Below are positions 1 through 13,213 of a stretch of DNA of 64,000 nucleotides, in pieces. Below the pieces are notes generated by a model. That model did no database searches. It had not been told where the DNA came from and was given only the letters and a program-made list of their open reading frames with translations. Source of the DNA: Octopus sinensis. Taxonomy: Eukaryota. Position 1 is the stretch's first letter. Each line of letters begins with the position of its first letter. Made by a program: the position numbers and the translations under genes. The stretch is taken from assembly GCF_006345805.1 (NCBI RefSeq), contig NC_043010.1:19840001-19904000 (forward strand), given 5' to 3'.

Positions 1-117
1 AAAGGATTATGTGGTATATGAAAGGATTATCCCGTCATTGTTGTATTTCTACAGTTTGTGTGTCTAGAATTGGGGATGATGCGGGTTCAATGGTGTCTAA
101 ATGTTTAAATTACTTAC

Positions 118-277
118 ACAGACATCAGCATGGTATCTTCTTCAAAACTGTATCCTCCAACAACCCACACTGTATCATTGACCTTAGCCACTTGATGAGA
201 TGCTCGGCCACTTATTTGCTTTTCTGGTGGTAATCGTGTCCACAGATCATTGCCATCTTTCCGACTACAATCATTAC
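118..277 (-). CDS. ATRN: Attractin-like exon 5 (end of EGF, first Kelch repeat); gene continues beyond the window
   Basis: ttttcag acceptor, GT|gtaagt donor, 160 bp, phase 1/2. GNDCS...GRASHQVAKVNDTVWVVGGY is a Kelch motif (GRASH...WVVGGY). Confidence 0.93.
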
Positions 278-668
278 CTGAAAATAACGACAAAAAATCT
301 TGAGAATATCGAACAAAGACAGTGGACAGAACTGTGATGTGTTTGGATGGCACGTGACGGTCAGCTTAGTACAAGTGACAGTAAGAGGACAGCAGAAGTA
401 GAATCAACCACAAGACAAGATATAAGATAAGACACAGGATTATAAGGAAACCCAGAAAGAAAATGAAAGACACAACAAGATGAAGATACAAGATAATGAT
501 GAAAGACGACAAGAGAGATGACATAGAAATACAAGAAGATGTTAAACACAAGAAGACAACCAAAGACATATGGAATGGAAGCCATGGATAGAAAAATAAG
601 AGGACAAAGAGTGAACAACAAAAAAAAACACACAACCATGATAATGATGTCTAAAATGTTTTCCTCAC

Positions 669-841
669 CAATATATCCTGTATCACATTCACACTGATTG
701 TTCCAGCAATTTCCGTGGTTGGAGCAATTATTTGGACAGAGTTCAATCTCACAGCCATCGCCCACATAACCCTTCTGACACCGGCACACATAATTTTCAC
801 AAAGACCATGACCTGAACACTTTAATGGACAGCCACCAACT
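669..841 (-). CDS. ATRN: Attractin-like exon 4 (two EGF-like repeats)
   Basis: ttttcag acceptor, G|gtgagg donor, 173 bp, phase 2/1. Translates VGGCPLKCSGHGLCENYVCRCQKGYVGDGCEIELCPNNCSNHGNCWNNQCECDTGYIG. Confidence 0.95.
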
Positions 842-944
842 CTGAAAACAAAGAGAAACTGGAGTTTAAACAAGATTAAGTGATATTCATACCTCTTTTA
901 ATAAGTTGGTATGATACAAAGTGATAGCCTACCTTGACCTTAAC

Positions 945-1523
945 TATTAAATCAAACCATAAATAATGCGCTTTTTTATACTTCTTATATTTTTCAAAAT
1001 TAAGATAAAGTTTTTTCAATCTAAAATATACTCTCCTTCTTTTTCTACAATGCTCTTCCATCTATCTGGTAGACTTGCAAGGCCCCTCTTTACTTGTCTG
1101 TGACAAAAAATACTCCTCCAGTGCTGTTCTGACCTCATCTACAGAATTCACATTTTTTCCATCGAAATGATTTTGAAGACTGCAGAATAAATGATAATCA
1201 GATGGGGTATTGTCCAGTAAATATAGTGGGTGGGGCATCATTTCCTATTCAAACTGCTCCAACCTTTGGAATGTCATCCTCGCTGTGTGTGGTCGACCAA
1301 AGCAAAATATGCCGAATATGCTCCTTTGTCACTTCCATTATTACTTTGAAAAATAACTGTTAAAATCAAACTGCACTCTTCAAAACTTACACTAAGAATA
1401 AATACAAGGTAAAATTACTACCTGCTTTTATAACAAGTTGATGCAGGTCGTTTATCCTGTCTCCCTCCAACTTTTAGTTCATGCAATTGAAAAAAACCAC
1501 ATTATTTATGGTATGACCCAATA
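945..1523 (-). mobile_element. Internally deleted mariner element
   Basis: Degenerate TIRs (TATT...CCATAAATAATG(C/T)G...TTTTT at both ends). Minus-strand remnant PSDYHLFCSLQNHFDGKNVNSVDEVRTALEEYF is the mariner transposase C-terminus. Confidence 0.75.
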
Positions 1524-2337
1524 TAATACTATTTCTAACATAGGTACAAGGCCTCAGATTAGGTAGATTCTGTCCTGGCACCAGGTAAAAAGCACTCATA
1601 CTAGTACCACATAAAAAACACCCACACTGTTGCTGGTGTCACATCAAAATCACCAGTACTGGTGCCACGTAAAAGGCACCTGTACTGGTGCCACACAAAG
1701 TACTGAGTAAACTCTGTAAAGTGGTTGGCATAAGGAAGGGCATCCAGCCATAGAAACCAAGTCTAAACAGATGAAAGGAGCCTGGTGTAGCCATCAGGCT
1801 TGACAGCTCCTGTCAAACTGTTCAATGCATGCCAGCATGGAAAACGGATTTTAAATGAGGATGATGATGATGATACAGTTTGAGTAGAATATTTGACTGC
1901 TACATTATTTAATCAACCCCAGGACATAAGCAAGTTTGTCGACTGACCCCAGAGGACACTAAATGTTCACAGAACTGACAACACCACCACCATCACATTA
2001 TAAATTTACCTGAAATTGCACACTAAACACTTCAGCCAATCCTTCTTCACCTTAACTTGTATCCCACTAAATCTCTCCACCCCAACAGCACCATTTTCCC
2101 ATGATTCCAACTTCCAACTGTTCAAAACTAAACAAGTTCAAGGCCACTTCTCCCCCCACCTCCATCTTTCTTTCACTAAAGGTCAAGGCCAGTGAATGTC
2201 CACTACATCAATGTCATCAATCTAGGGACGAGCTAAAAAGGTTACAATGACTGAGCATCTTTTGCATCAATCATATCAATCAAGGAGTGAACTGCAGAGG
2301 ACAAGGTCTCTGCCCAGACTCTTATCACCATCTTTTA

Positions 2338-2720
2338 GCTTTTACTTGTTTCAGTCGATGGACTGTGGCCATACTGGAGTACTGCCTTGAAGAATTTCAG
2401 TTGAACAAAATCAACCCCCAGCACTTGTTTTTTTTTTTTTAAACCTGGAACTTATTGTATTGGTCTCTTTTGCTGAACTGCTAAGTTATAAGGGTGTAAA
2501 CACACAAACAACAGATGTCCAGTGGTGATGGGTGACAAACACAGCCACAAAGACACAAACACACACATATGTCGGGCTTGTTTTAGTTTCCGTCTACCAA
2601 ATTCACTCAAGGGATTTGGTCAGCCCATGACTATTTTAGGAAACATTTGCCAAGGTACCAAGCTATGAACCTGGAACCAAGTGGTTAAGAAGTAAACTTT
2701 TTACCATACTGCCATACCTG
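2338..2720 (-). mobile_element. SINE family A copy
   Basis: Reverse complement of the family A head, body and tail. Confidence 0.85.
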
Positions 2721-2911
2721 GAAAAAAAAAATCTTCCAGTAAAATAACTCTAAAACAGCAACAACAAAATCAGTTTGTCCTTCTGGCATCTTAATTATGC
2801 AAGGGTTGGGAAAAACAGGACAGTCACAGCAGAAATGTATTTAATCATTACACAGAATGGGGCTGACCTTGCCTTCAATAAAAATAAAACTATTTGCCAG
2901 CCAACACTTAC

Positions 2912-3037
2912 CTGTAGCTTATGTTGAATCCAGACATGTTAAATGCTAAATCACTGAAAAACATCAGATATGCTGACCCTGATTTGGCTGTAATTTCTAT
3001 GTTGGACTCTTCTTTGTTATCTTCAATGATGACCCCA
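2912..3037 (-). CDS. ATRN: Attractin-like exon 3 (CUB domain, second half); not in the ORF track
   Basis: tttcag acceptor, AG|gtaagt donor, 126 bp, phase 2/2. Translates (S)GVIIEDNKEESNIEITAKSGSAYLMFFSDLAFNMSGFNISY(R), matching the CUB C-terminal F.SD.....GF..Y motif. Confidence 0.93.
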
Positions 3038-3082
3038 CTGAAATAAATAAATAATAATAATAATAATAATAACAATGTTAAT

Positions 3083-3630
3083 TCTTTCTACTGTAGGCAC
3101 AAGACCTAAAATTGTTTTTTCAGTGAGGAAGGCAAGTTGATTACATGAACGCCAGTGTTCAAATGGTACTATTTCATCAACTTCAGCAGAATTTGAATTC
3201 AGAATGTAAAGATGGCTGTTACCTGCCATGCTAATGATTTGGCCAGCACGCTGCCAATAATAATATTAATGATTACAAATTTTGGCACAAGGCCAGCAAT
3301 TTTAGGGGAGAGGGTAAATCAATTGATCCCAGTCGTTAATTGGTACTTATTTCATTGACCCCAGAAGGTTGAAAGGCAGAGTTCACCTTGGCAGAATTTG
3401 AACTTGGAACATAAAAAAGACAAATGAAATGCCCCTAAGCATTTTGCTCCGTGTGCTAACGATTCTGCCGACTCGCCACCATCTTAATAATAATAATAAT
3501 CCTTTCTACTGTAGGCACAAGGCCTGAAATTTGGGGGAAGGGATTAAGTCAATTACATTGACCCCAGTGTGTAACTGGTACTATTTAATCAACCCCAAAA
3601 GGATGAAAGGCAAAGTAGAACTCGGAATAA
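3083..3630 (-). mobile_element. Cluster of SINE family B copies separated by (AAT)n
   Basis: Repeated CTTTCTACT.TAGGCACAAG...GACCCCAG...GAAAGGCA.AGT...GAATTTGAACT units. Confidence 0.8.
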
Positions 3631-4213
3631 TAATGATAAATAATAATAATAATTCTTTCTACAATAGGTACACTAATATAATCAATGGAGAACTTTATAG
3701 TAATTAATTTTTTCCCAATTTGATAGAGAGCAATCTCTTCTCCCTCTTCTACACTAATTCAATTCATATCAGAGAAGCATTACAGGAATATTACACCGAT
3801 TCCATTATCTGACTGTTGCTTTACTGACCCTAAAAGGATGAAAAACTAAGTTTGATACCAACAAGATTTGAACTGAGAATGTAAGGACCATTCCTAAACA
3901 CCACAAGGTATTTTAATTTCATGTTCTAATTCTGGCAATCCACTACTTGATTGGCTTGACAATTACTAGAAATATTTAGTTCGGGGCAGTAACATTTTCC
4001 ACAATGCTACACCTTTGTAATAATCCTTTCTAAGGCCCGAAATTTTGGGGGAGGGGGCCAGTCAATTAGATCGACCCCAGTATGCAACTGGTACTTAATT
4101 TATCAACCCCGAAAGGATGAAAAGTGAAGCCGACCTCGACGGAATCTACACCTTTATAATAATGATTTCTGATACCAGCACAATGCCACAAACTTCAGGG
4201 TGCATATACTTGA

Positions 4214-4440
4214 TTTAGTCCTTTAGCATTTAAACGGGCCACATCCGGCCCAAATATTCTACTTGTTTTATGTTCACTCTGACCAGATCTGGCTTTTCAC
4301 ACCTATCCTATAATGTCATTCTAAAAATAAGCAATCACATTATTGAAATCTCAGAGATGAGATAATGCATGATTAATTCAAAACAATGTGAATAAATAAG
4401 CATTGCATTTGACAGAGTAATCTGAATGCTAAAGAATTAA
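4214..4440. mobile_element. piggyBac-like (TTAA) MITE family 1; a reverse copy at ~35630-36190 is split by a SINE
   Basis: Degenerate termini CCTTTAGCATT...AATGCTAAAGAATTAA. The internal sequence recurs reversed on both sides of the SINE at 35719-36088. Confidence 0.6.
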
Positions 4441-4654
4441 ACACCTCAGTATTTTACTGGTACTTTAAAATTTTTACTTTACTACTATTTTATTGATCTG
4501 CAGAGAATGAAGGGTGAAGTCCTCAACAACATCAAGGTTTAAACTTACAAATATGAAGGTACATAAGTAATTCCCAAAAGGTAACTTTTTTTTTTTCCAC
4601 TGCCCAATCCACAACAACTAAAATAATTGCTAGAGTCTCAGTAGGAATGTTTAC

Positions 4655-4861
4655 CTGTAGGCTGCAAGGAGTGTGGAGAAAGCAGAATCCCCATCATAAA
4701 TATAGAGGTGGTCCCATCCACATTCTGTGATGAAATGCAGCATTTGTATGTGAATTGGACGGCTGCTGTTTGTCGTGTTGGGGTTTATCAACCAGCTACA
4801 TTTACAATTTTCAGAATAATTTGCAGGACCATCTGTAACGTAACCTGTCATGGATATGAGA
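4655..4861 (-). CDS. ATRN: Attractin-like exon 2 (CUB domain, first half)
   Basis: ttcag acceptor, AG|gtaaac donor, 207 bp, phase 2/2. GYVTDGPANYSENCKCSWLI...HFITECGWDHLYIYDGDS is the attractin-type CUB signature. Confidence 0.95.
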
Positions 4862-5026
4862 CTGAAATACAAGAAGAAGAACAACAACAAGATGAATAAT
4901 TAATTTACAATAATAGCAATACTTGAACATACACATAACACATGAGCACCCAACAACCACCACCAAAATCCTTCAAACCCAACAATGAAAACTCAAGTGG
5001 GGCCCTCTCAGTTGACTATCTAATAC

Positions 5027-5251
5027 CTATTTCTTTACTACCCACAAGGGGCTAAACACAGAGAGGACAAACAAGGACAGACAAACGGATTAAGTCAATT
5101 ATATCTACCCCAGTACATAACTGGTACTTATTTAATCAACCCCAAAAGGATGAAAGGCAAAGTCGACCTCAGCGGAATTTGAACTCAGAACGTAGTGGCA
5201 GACGAAATATCGTTAAGCAATTCGCCCGGCATGCTAACATTTCTGCCAGTT
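5027..5251 (-). mobile_element. SINE family B copy, Tx1-tail variant
   Basis: Core GCCTTTCATCCTTT.GGGGT.GATTAAATAAGTACCAG; tail TTTGTCTGTCCTTGTTTGTCCTCTCT...GTAAAGAAATAGG. Confidence 0.85.
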
Positions 5252-5674
5252 CTAATACCAGAGTAGTAAAGAACTCACTGAGAAATCAGTAGCAATAAAG
5301 AAAAATATTGTAGTTTACCCTTGGCCTAAACTCTTAATGCCCAAGTGTACCTAACAACAGCAGGATCAATCTATAGTACCGAAAAGTAGTCTGTTCCTTG
5401 GGGGAAATCCTACCATGGCCCTGTCTCCTACCTGGGAGAAGGTTTGCCATCCAAAAATCTAAAGATAATGCCAGTATGGAAAACAAACATATGATATATA
5501 TATATATATATATGGTTAATAGAGGTTGGGATAACCATCTAAGGGATAAAAGTATTCATTATACTACCGGTATAATTACCTATGTTTAACCCTGGACATA
5601 CACATGCAAGCATATTAAGTTCATAGGTTACAGATGATGACAAAGATAAAGATGAGTTTATCAGGAATCAAATT

Positions 5675-6292
5675 TAAAGTAAACAGAAAATGGAGAAATA
5701 TTGATCAACAACAATTGACTTACATCAATTATTATTTTTTAATTCAATACAAATAGACTGCATCCCGTCTAACAGCTGCTTCTGCTTCCAATGTTATATG
5801 GTACTGCCATTGAAAATTATAAAAATAATAATCATCATATTTGGTAAAACATCCAATCTAGAACATGGAGCTTCATCAGAGTGAAGAAAAAGACATACAT
5901 ATTTTTTTTTTTTATTACTTATCCCCCTGTTGCCCCATAGAAAAATTAACCCACCAATTACTATTTTAGGTTTAGTCATTCACTCAACATCCCAAAATGA
6001 TGCATAAGCAAAATGGTAGGATTTAAATATATTCAGCCTTCCATCTTCTCAAGGCTCTTCTTCTTTTCTTTTATGTATGTATTTTTCTTCACTCTGATGA
6101 TCCATGTTCCAGATCAGTTGTATTACCAAATATGATGAATATTAGTTTCAGAATTTTCAATGACAGTACCATATAACATTGGAAGCAGAAACAGCTGTTA
6201 GATAGGACATGGCCTATTTGTATTGAATTAATAAATAATTGATGTTAGTCAATTGTTGTTGATCAATATTTCTCCATTTTCTGTTTACTTTA
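5675..6292. repeat. Foldback element (~230-bp inverted arms) with a hammerhead-like core in each arm
   Basis: TAAAGTAAACAGAAAATGGAGAAATATTGATC... is the reverse complement of ...GATCAATATTTCTCCATTTTCTGTTTACTTTA. CTGATGA lies at 6094 (+) and 5879 (-). Confidence 0.85.
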
Positions 6293-6309
6293 TATATATA
6301 CATGTGTGA

Positions 6310-6349
<40 letters not shown>

Positions 6350-6487
6350 CCAAAACATGGAACATGAACACTTCAGATGACAATAAAACATCCAGACAGA
6401 TAGATGATACGAAGATGGACAGGAAAAACAAAAAGACAGACAGGACAAAACAAGGATGGGCCATTTGCGTGTGTGTGTGTATACACA

Positions 6488-6907
6488 AATCGAAATCAAA
6501 TTCGATGACTGGCATCCATGCTAGTGGGGCGCAAAGAGCACCATACAAGCATTTTCATTGACAGAGCGGCTAACCGGCTTCTATGCCAGTGGCACATAAA
6601 AGTCACCATTCGAGTGTGATCGTTACCAGCATCGCCTTACTGGCACTTGTGCCGGTGGCATGTATAAAAATATTTGAGCGAGGTCGCTGCCAGTACCGCC
6701 TAACTGGCCCTCGTGCCGGTGGAACGTAAAAGCACCCACTACTCTCGGAGTGGTTGGCATTAGGAAGGGTATCCAGCTGTAGAAACTCAGCCAGATCAAG
6801 ATTGGAGCCTGGTGCAACCATCTGGTTCGCCAGTCCTCAGTCAAATTGTCCCAACCCATGCTAGCATGGAAAGCGGACATTAAACGACACCGATGATGTT
6901 GATGATG
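6488..6907 (+). mobile_element. RTE 3'-UTR-derived repeat with tandem subunits (similar copies near 1575, 8814, 21190, 23797, 30380, 46906, 49340, 50860, 51922, 59211, 60380)
   Basis: Units of GCC(A/G)GTGGCAC(A/G)TAAAA, then GGTTGGCATTAGGAAGGG...CCAACCCATGC.AGCATGGAAAGCGGAC..(GAT)n, the same as the tail of the RTE at 16030-17210. Confidence 0.85.
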
Positions 6908-7201
6908 ACACACACACACACACCTTCATGAGGGTAAACATAGTCAACATATAGCTATTTAGCTATATAGTACACACACACTGTATTGTTAATCCAAACT
7001 ACAGTTATATCTAATCCAGTTTAACAGAACAGCTATTGTTGTTCTTAAAACAGCAACACTACCACCACCAACACTTTTGCTACCACTACACTACTACCAA
7101 TACATAATCACTATATCTGCTAGAAATAGCAATCAAATGTTACCACTACAACCAATCCACCATTGTTATTACCACAACCTATATATATATATATATATAT
7201 A

Positions 7202-8372
7202 CGCGGGGCGTTCAATAAGTAATGCCTCTGACCCACTTGCAGTTGTTTGATCTAGCTGAAATTTTGCATGTGCAATTACCTATATCTCTATAGATTAAGT
7301 GGCAAATTACAGCTCTGAACTAATTGTGGTTTCTGATTTACAGGTGTTTGAACTGAGTCAAGTGTGAAACGGAGCCTGTTGAGTGTCGAGCAGTGATGCG
7401 GTTTTTGTATTTGAAAGGACGCACACCACGGGAGACTTTTGATGAAATAAAAGTAACTTATGGTGATGATGCCCCATCATATGACCTTGTAAAACGCTGG
7501 CATCGTGAATTCAAACATGGTCGGAACTTTGTGGAAACAGCTCCCAGATCTGGTCGCCCCCTTCTGCCATTGATGAGGCATCTGTCCGTCAAGTTGAGGC
7601 TGCCATTTTGAAAGATCGACGCATAACTATTCGCCAAATAGCCCATGAGGTCAAGATTAGTACCGGGTCTGTGGAAACTATCATTCATGACCATTTGCAT
7701 ATGCAAAAGGTGTCTGCCAGATGGATTCCCAGGCTGCTCACACCTTTCCAGAAGTAAGAACGCGTCGATAGCGCGAGGATGAATTTGGAGATGTGCCAAG
7801 AAGATGAGTCAAAATTTTTCAAAAGACTGATTACACAGGATGAAACCTGGGTCCATCACTATGATCCAGAGACCAAAGCCCAGTCAATGCAGTGGAAGCA
7901 CCGTGACTCACCTCCTCCAAAGAAGGCAAGGGTGCAGCCCTCCGCTGGCAAGGTCATGCTCACAGTCTTCTGGGACCAGGACGGAGTAGTGATGACAGAT
8001 TTCTTGGCAAAGGGTGCCACAATTACAGGAGTCTATTATGCTTCACTTTTGAGGAAATTAAGAGAAGCTTAACTCATCCCCCATCTCCTGACCTGCACCC
8101 TCTGATTTTCACCTCTTCCCAGCCATGAAGTTGTTTTTGAAAGGAAAGCGTTTCCCAGATGATGCAGCCTTGATTTCTGAAGTCACGTCGTGGTTGGAGG
8201 ACCAAGCTGGGGTCTTCTACAAAAACGGTCTTCAGAGCTGCATCAAACGATGGGAGAAATGCGTAACTCTGGGTGGTTCCTATGTAGAAAAAGACTAATA
8301 ACTGTGCCAAGTTTCGTTGCTCTACTGCTATGGGAAGTGGGTCAGGGGGCATTACTTATTGAACGCCCCTCG
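7202..8372 (+). mobile_element. Near full-length mariner (DD34D-type) element with pseudogenised transposase, inserted in (TA)n
   Basis: TIRs CGCGGGGCGTTCAATAAGTAATGCC / GGCATTACTTATTGAACGCCCCTCG. Motifs WIPRLL, ITQDETWVHHYDPE and SPDLHPSDFHLF are present. The start codon is mutated to ACG, there are a frameshift and stops, and the HDNA segment is deleted near 8070. Confidence 0.95.
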
Positions 8373-8380
8373 TATATATA

Positions 8381-8416
<36 letters not shown>

Positions 8417-9055
8417 TGTATATTGGTGTGTGTGCGCGAGTGCACGTGTGGATAATTGAATGTACATCTAAGCACACATACACACTCATATAAGTACGGA
8501 TGCATACACACAGATACATGGGCAAATACATGTACATATAAACATACATACCCACTCCATCTACCACCCCTTCCTACTTCCCCCTAACCACAAGACCAAT
8601 TTCTTGTTCTCCATGCGGTATTTTCCAATTAATTGTTGTCGCTGAAATACCGACATCATACCACGTGACCTTTCTTGACCAATCGCAGGCTAACATCCAG
8701 TGATCAACATTGACTCCCTTCAATCAAACTTTCAGTCAGACCCCAATGGCCAAAGACTAGCCACATGCTTCAGACTTGGAGTACCAAGGAGTCTGAATCA
8801 AACTGTTTTGATCTCATCATCATCATCATCATCGTCGTTTGACATCCGCTTTCCATGCTAGCATGGGTTGGACAATTTAACTGAGGACTGGTGAACTAGA
8901 TGGCTGCACCGGGCTCCAATCTTGATTTGGCAGAGTTTCTACAGCTGGATGCCCTTCCTAATGCCAAGCACTCTGAGAGTGTAGTGGGTGCTTTTACGTT
9001 CCACTGGCACGAGGGCCAGTTAGGCGGTACTGGCAACGGTCACAGAAAATCGTGT

Positions 9056-9088
<33 letters not shown>

Positions 9089-9100
9089 TACAAACACACA

Positions 9101-11159
9101 TAGATTTGGGCAGCATTAATCAAAAAGTTAACCTTGGTAATTGTTAATCCATTAACCAAAAAGTTAACTTCGTTAATCATTAATCCGTTAATTCTTTGAA
9201 AATGTAACAGAAGTTGACGTTAATTTGTTAACGTTAACTTTTATTGAAAAAAGGCATAACTACAGTTTAATACCCCACCAACTTTGTTGCTACATAACTT
9301 CCAGAAAAAATGGATACTTTTTAATGAAAGTTTTCCCAAATAATCACTTATATCCAGTAGATTGAAAGTTTGTAAAGATTTGTTTGAAAAAACAAATCTT
9401 TTCCGAGGAGTTGGGGAGAGGAGTTTTGGAAAATTCACAGGACCCAGTATTTCCCCTCTCCTAACTTTCTGGAAAATATGTATTTTTTTATGAAATTTTA
9501 TACAAATACCTTTCAAACAGTGTAGATTACAGTTACAAAGAAAATTGTAGGCAAAATGTTTGGAAGGGTGCGGAGTTCTGGAAAACAGAGTTTTGGATCA
9601 GATGGCCACATAAGTTGGAATTTCTCCATTTTGACAGGGATTTTTCCCAATGTTTTCGCCAAAGTCTTCAGAATGATGGAGGCATCTTTTCAGGAAAAAG
9701 GAAAAGTTTTGAAAATTTCTTTTTTCCACCCCACCCCCCTCACCACCCTAGCCTGAAACGATTTTGGCCATGTCTTTCTTTTTTTTTTCTCACTACTCAC
9801 TTAAAACCTGTGAGAGAAACATTTTCAGTTTAAAAAAAAAAATTGTTAATAATTTCAGAGGAAAATGTGTGAATAAAGGGACAGCTGGCTGCTGTTTCTA
9901 GAACATCCCAAAACCTCCCTCCTCCTTTCTTTCTTACTCACACATCTATTGATATTTTTCAATATTTTTCTCCCCATGAACAAATTTTATGGAATGTTGA
10001 CGTCTAAGTAACACGTGTGTAGTCCCAACCGAGCAAGGCCGTGTTGTGTGTGTGTGCGTAAGAAAAAACATCTTTAGTGTTCATATCAATCTGTCAAACA
10101 TAATGCTTATTTGTTCACTGGTTTATAGTTACATAATTTTAGCTGATCTTGTTGAGTAAATTTGACTTTTATGGGAAGCAAATTTAATTAACAGGTGTAA
10201 AAGAAATAACATTATGGATAAACACTAAAATTGGATTTCTTAATGCATCTTACCGGTTTGATTTGTTACTAAAATTATCCCAGATGGCAACCGACAAAAG
10301 TTTTGCCACTTTTCAAGATGAGGTAAATTAATTTGAATTAATTAAAATACAGAAATAATTGGTACAAGATTTTATTCTTTCAGTAAATATTTTGTACCTT
10401 AGGGTGGAATTTCTTTTGACGGATGTTTTAAGGTGCATTCAACATATCTGACCTCCAAACCCACCGCAAGCCACTTTTTTCCAGAAAAAAAAGGAGGGGG
10501 GGACCTCGAAGTTTCCCACCAAGAGTTTTGTTTCACTGATCTTTTTTTCTTTTCCAGGTTATTTTGCATGCTGTCAACAAATGTGAAATCATGCGTAAAC
10601 AGCTCCTTTTTCCAGAAAAGGACAGATTCGGCTGCTATTTCTAGCATGCCCTGCTACCAAGTAACAGCTATTTGTGTTCACACCGAAATATTTACCAACT
10701 TTTTTCCTTCCATTTATTTTTTCCCCTTTATAGAAGTCAATATTTTCTCTGTTGACATTCACCTCAGCAAGGTCACAAATCAAGTGGAAACATCAATCAC
10801 TGTTCCCTCTTGACAGGACAAAGAAATTTCCTGCTGTCTTTGCTAGCAACAAGTGGATGGATTTGGTTTCAAATCCAAGCAGGGCCAAACAAGGTCCTAC
10901 AAGTTATTTATAATAATAAGTGGCATTATATTGGGATTGAAAGAATGAGGCGTACAATATTAAATATGCTAAGGCAATTTATAAATAATAGAAACTTTTA
11001 AACGTTTACCAGTTTTTATGAAATTTTGAGGGTAACGGACTTCAGCTAATGGAAGCTAATAAGTCCGCTAATGATTTTCAAAGTTAACTTAAAAGTTAAA
11101 TTGTTAACAAAAATGTTAAGTTCGTTAATAAACAATTAACGGACTTATGCCCAGCTCTG
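9101..11159. mobile_element. Probable non-autonomous hAT-like DNA element with subterminal GTTAAC repeats
   Basis: The ends TAGATTTGGGCA and TGCCCAGCTCTG are an imperfect inverted pair, with dense GTTAA(C) motifs at both ends. No TSD is recognisable. Confidence 0.5.
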
Positions 11160-11667
11160 TCTGTATGCATGTATATATATATATATATTCATGTAAGATG
11201 GGCTTCTTTCACTTTCCAAATCAGCCAAATCCACTTGGAAAAGTTTGGTCAGGAAAGGGCTATAGTAGAAGACCTCCAACAAGATGCTACACAATGGGAC
11301 CGGACCTGAAATTACCTGGTGAGTAACAAATTCCCCACCAGACACCCATACTCGCACACATAATGGTTTTTGCTGGTCAAAGTTAATTTACTATGATACC
11401 ATGAGGACTTCACATGTGTCCCGATTATGAAAATATTAAATTCACTAAAAATATTATATACATATTGTTTGACTGTAGTATAAAATGCTGAGAAATAAAA
11501 ACAAAAATGAATACTTTGATCTATTAAATCTGTTTTTTAAAATTTCAACATCGTTTTACTCTCTTTTACTTAATTCTTTGTAGAATATACACCTATACTT
11601 CAATGAAATAAAGTATTGCTTATTCCAGGTATAAAAAAAAAAAAGGTCATGCACTAGTCTGTATATA

Positions 11668-12234
11668 CACTTGCGTCGGAAATTAATTAGCACTTCTCAA
11701 ATTTCTACATTGTCTTACATTTTCTTAATTTAATTAACTTATTATCAGAAATGAACTCGTTTTTAATCAAAAATTTATTAAAACATATCCCAGCACACCA
11801 CATAATTGTTATTAATCGTGAAATTTAGTCAATATCTTGTTGCTCCTCCTTTGGCAGCAATGACAGCTGCTACGCGGGTCGGCATGCTGTCTATGAGTGC
11901 CTGCAGGTACTGTGCAGGGATGGCCCCTCATGCAGCAAGAAGTACCCCAAACAGCTCGTGTCGGTTCCTGTATTGCTGCACATTCAAATACCTACCCAAT
12001 CGACTCCAGAGGTTCTCAATAGGGTTCAGGTCAGGTGACTGGCCAGCACGTACTCCTCGCCACCAAAGAGGTATCCCGTACTATCTCAACATACTTTGCT
12101 GCGTTGATGTTGCCTTCGACGGCATAGAGCCGCCCAACACCACTGTAGCTGAACGCCCCTCACACCATCAGACCACCCCCACCATGCTTCATGGTGAGCA
12201 AATCAAGGGTGCTAATTAATTTCTGACGGTAGTG
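11668..12234 (-). mobile_element. Internally deleted Tc1-like (DD34E) element
   Basis: TA-flanked TIRs CACTTGCGTCGGAAATTAATTAGCAC / GTGCTAATTAATTTCTGACGGTAGTG. Minus strand encodes TMKHGGGGLMV, QSPDLNPIENLW and LIDSMPTRVAAVIAAKGGATRY*. Confidence 0.9.
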
Positions 12235-12268
<34 letters not shown>

Positions 12269-13213
12269 GCAACCTACCAACCGATTATATGCAGTAAAGC
12301 ATGTCGTTTCCAAATTTCTGGCCCTACTATACTGTACAGTCAACAAAATCAAAAACAAACAATGGGCAAGCATGAAATTATAAATATAAAATGGCGACAA
12401 TTTACCCATTACACCCTGTACATGTGTGTATGTGTATATATATATATATATGAATCAGTGTAAAGTTGCTTATTCACTGCACAGCTTGTTGGAGCTTCCC
12501 AAGAGGAGAATGCAGACAGTTTCTCTAGCAACTATGAAGTGGCTCACTGACCGTACACAAATGGAGTATTATATTACTACATGTATTTCTAAATGTAAAC
12601 ATATATGTGGTATTTCACATCCACACACTGGAGGTCATTAGGAAGTTCTCATGCAATTTTACATTTTAATAACTTTCGTTCTTTATATGACTGAATGAAT
12701 TTATAAAAATAATTCAGAACAGTGAATCATCTATTTTGTCCTTGTCTGTCAAAATATTACCGTTTCAGAAATGCACTGAAATTAGAAAAGAAATTAGACT
12801 GGACAACTAGGGACCTATAACCAACAATGCCATTTTTCATAAATGCACAATCCTCATCAAAATCACTTCATATCCATCTGCCATGACAAGCCAGGGGATT
12901 GCACCAACCAAGTTCCAATGTCTGCTTTAGCATGGTTTTTACAGCTTGATGCCCTTCCTAATGCTAACTTTACAAAGTGGGCAGGGTGCTTTTTATGCGG
13001 TACCAGCACCAGTGAGGTCGGTTTTGGCCCTCCAGTGTAAGCAGTACATGTCCTTACTATTATGCTACAGCCCACACGCAATGTGAACCACACACCCTGC
13101 AAGAAATTGCAGTTAAATCTTCCTCAAATACTATCCCATCATTGAGTCTCAGGGCTGATCTGAGACTACACAATAACATGGATCAACAAAGGCCAAGGAA
13201 ATAATCTCTAAGT

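Noticed and set aside
361-668. Hydrophobic multi-TM-looking tail of ORF 361-873
   Set aside because: Read-through past the exon 4 donor into low-complexity intron sequence.
10399-10647. ORF with KKRSVKQNSWWETSR, faintly like a Merlin/ISXO2 transposase N-terminus
   Set aside because: Too short and no DDE motifs nearby; cannot be supported without a search.
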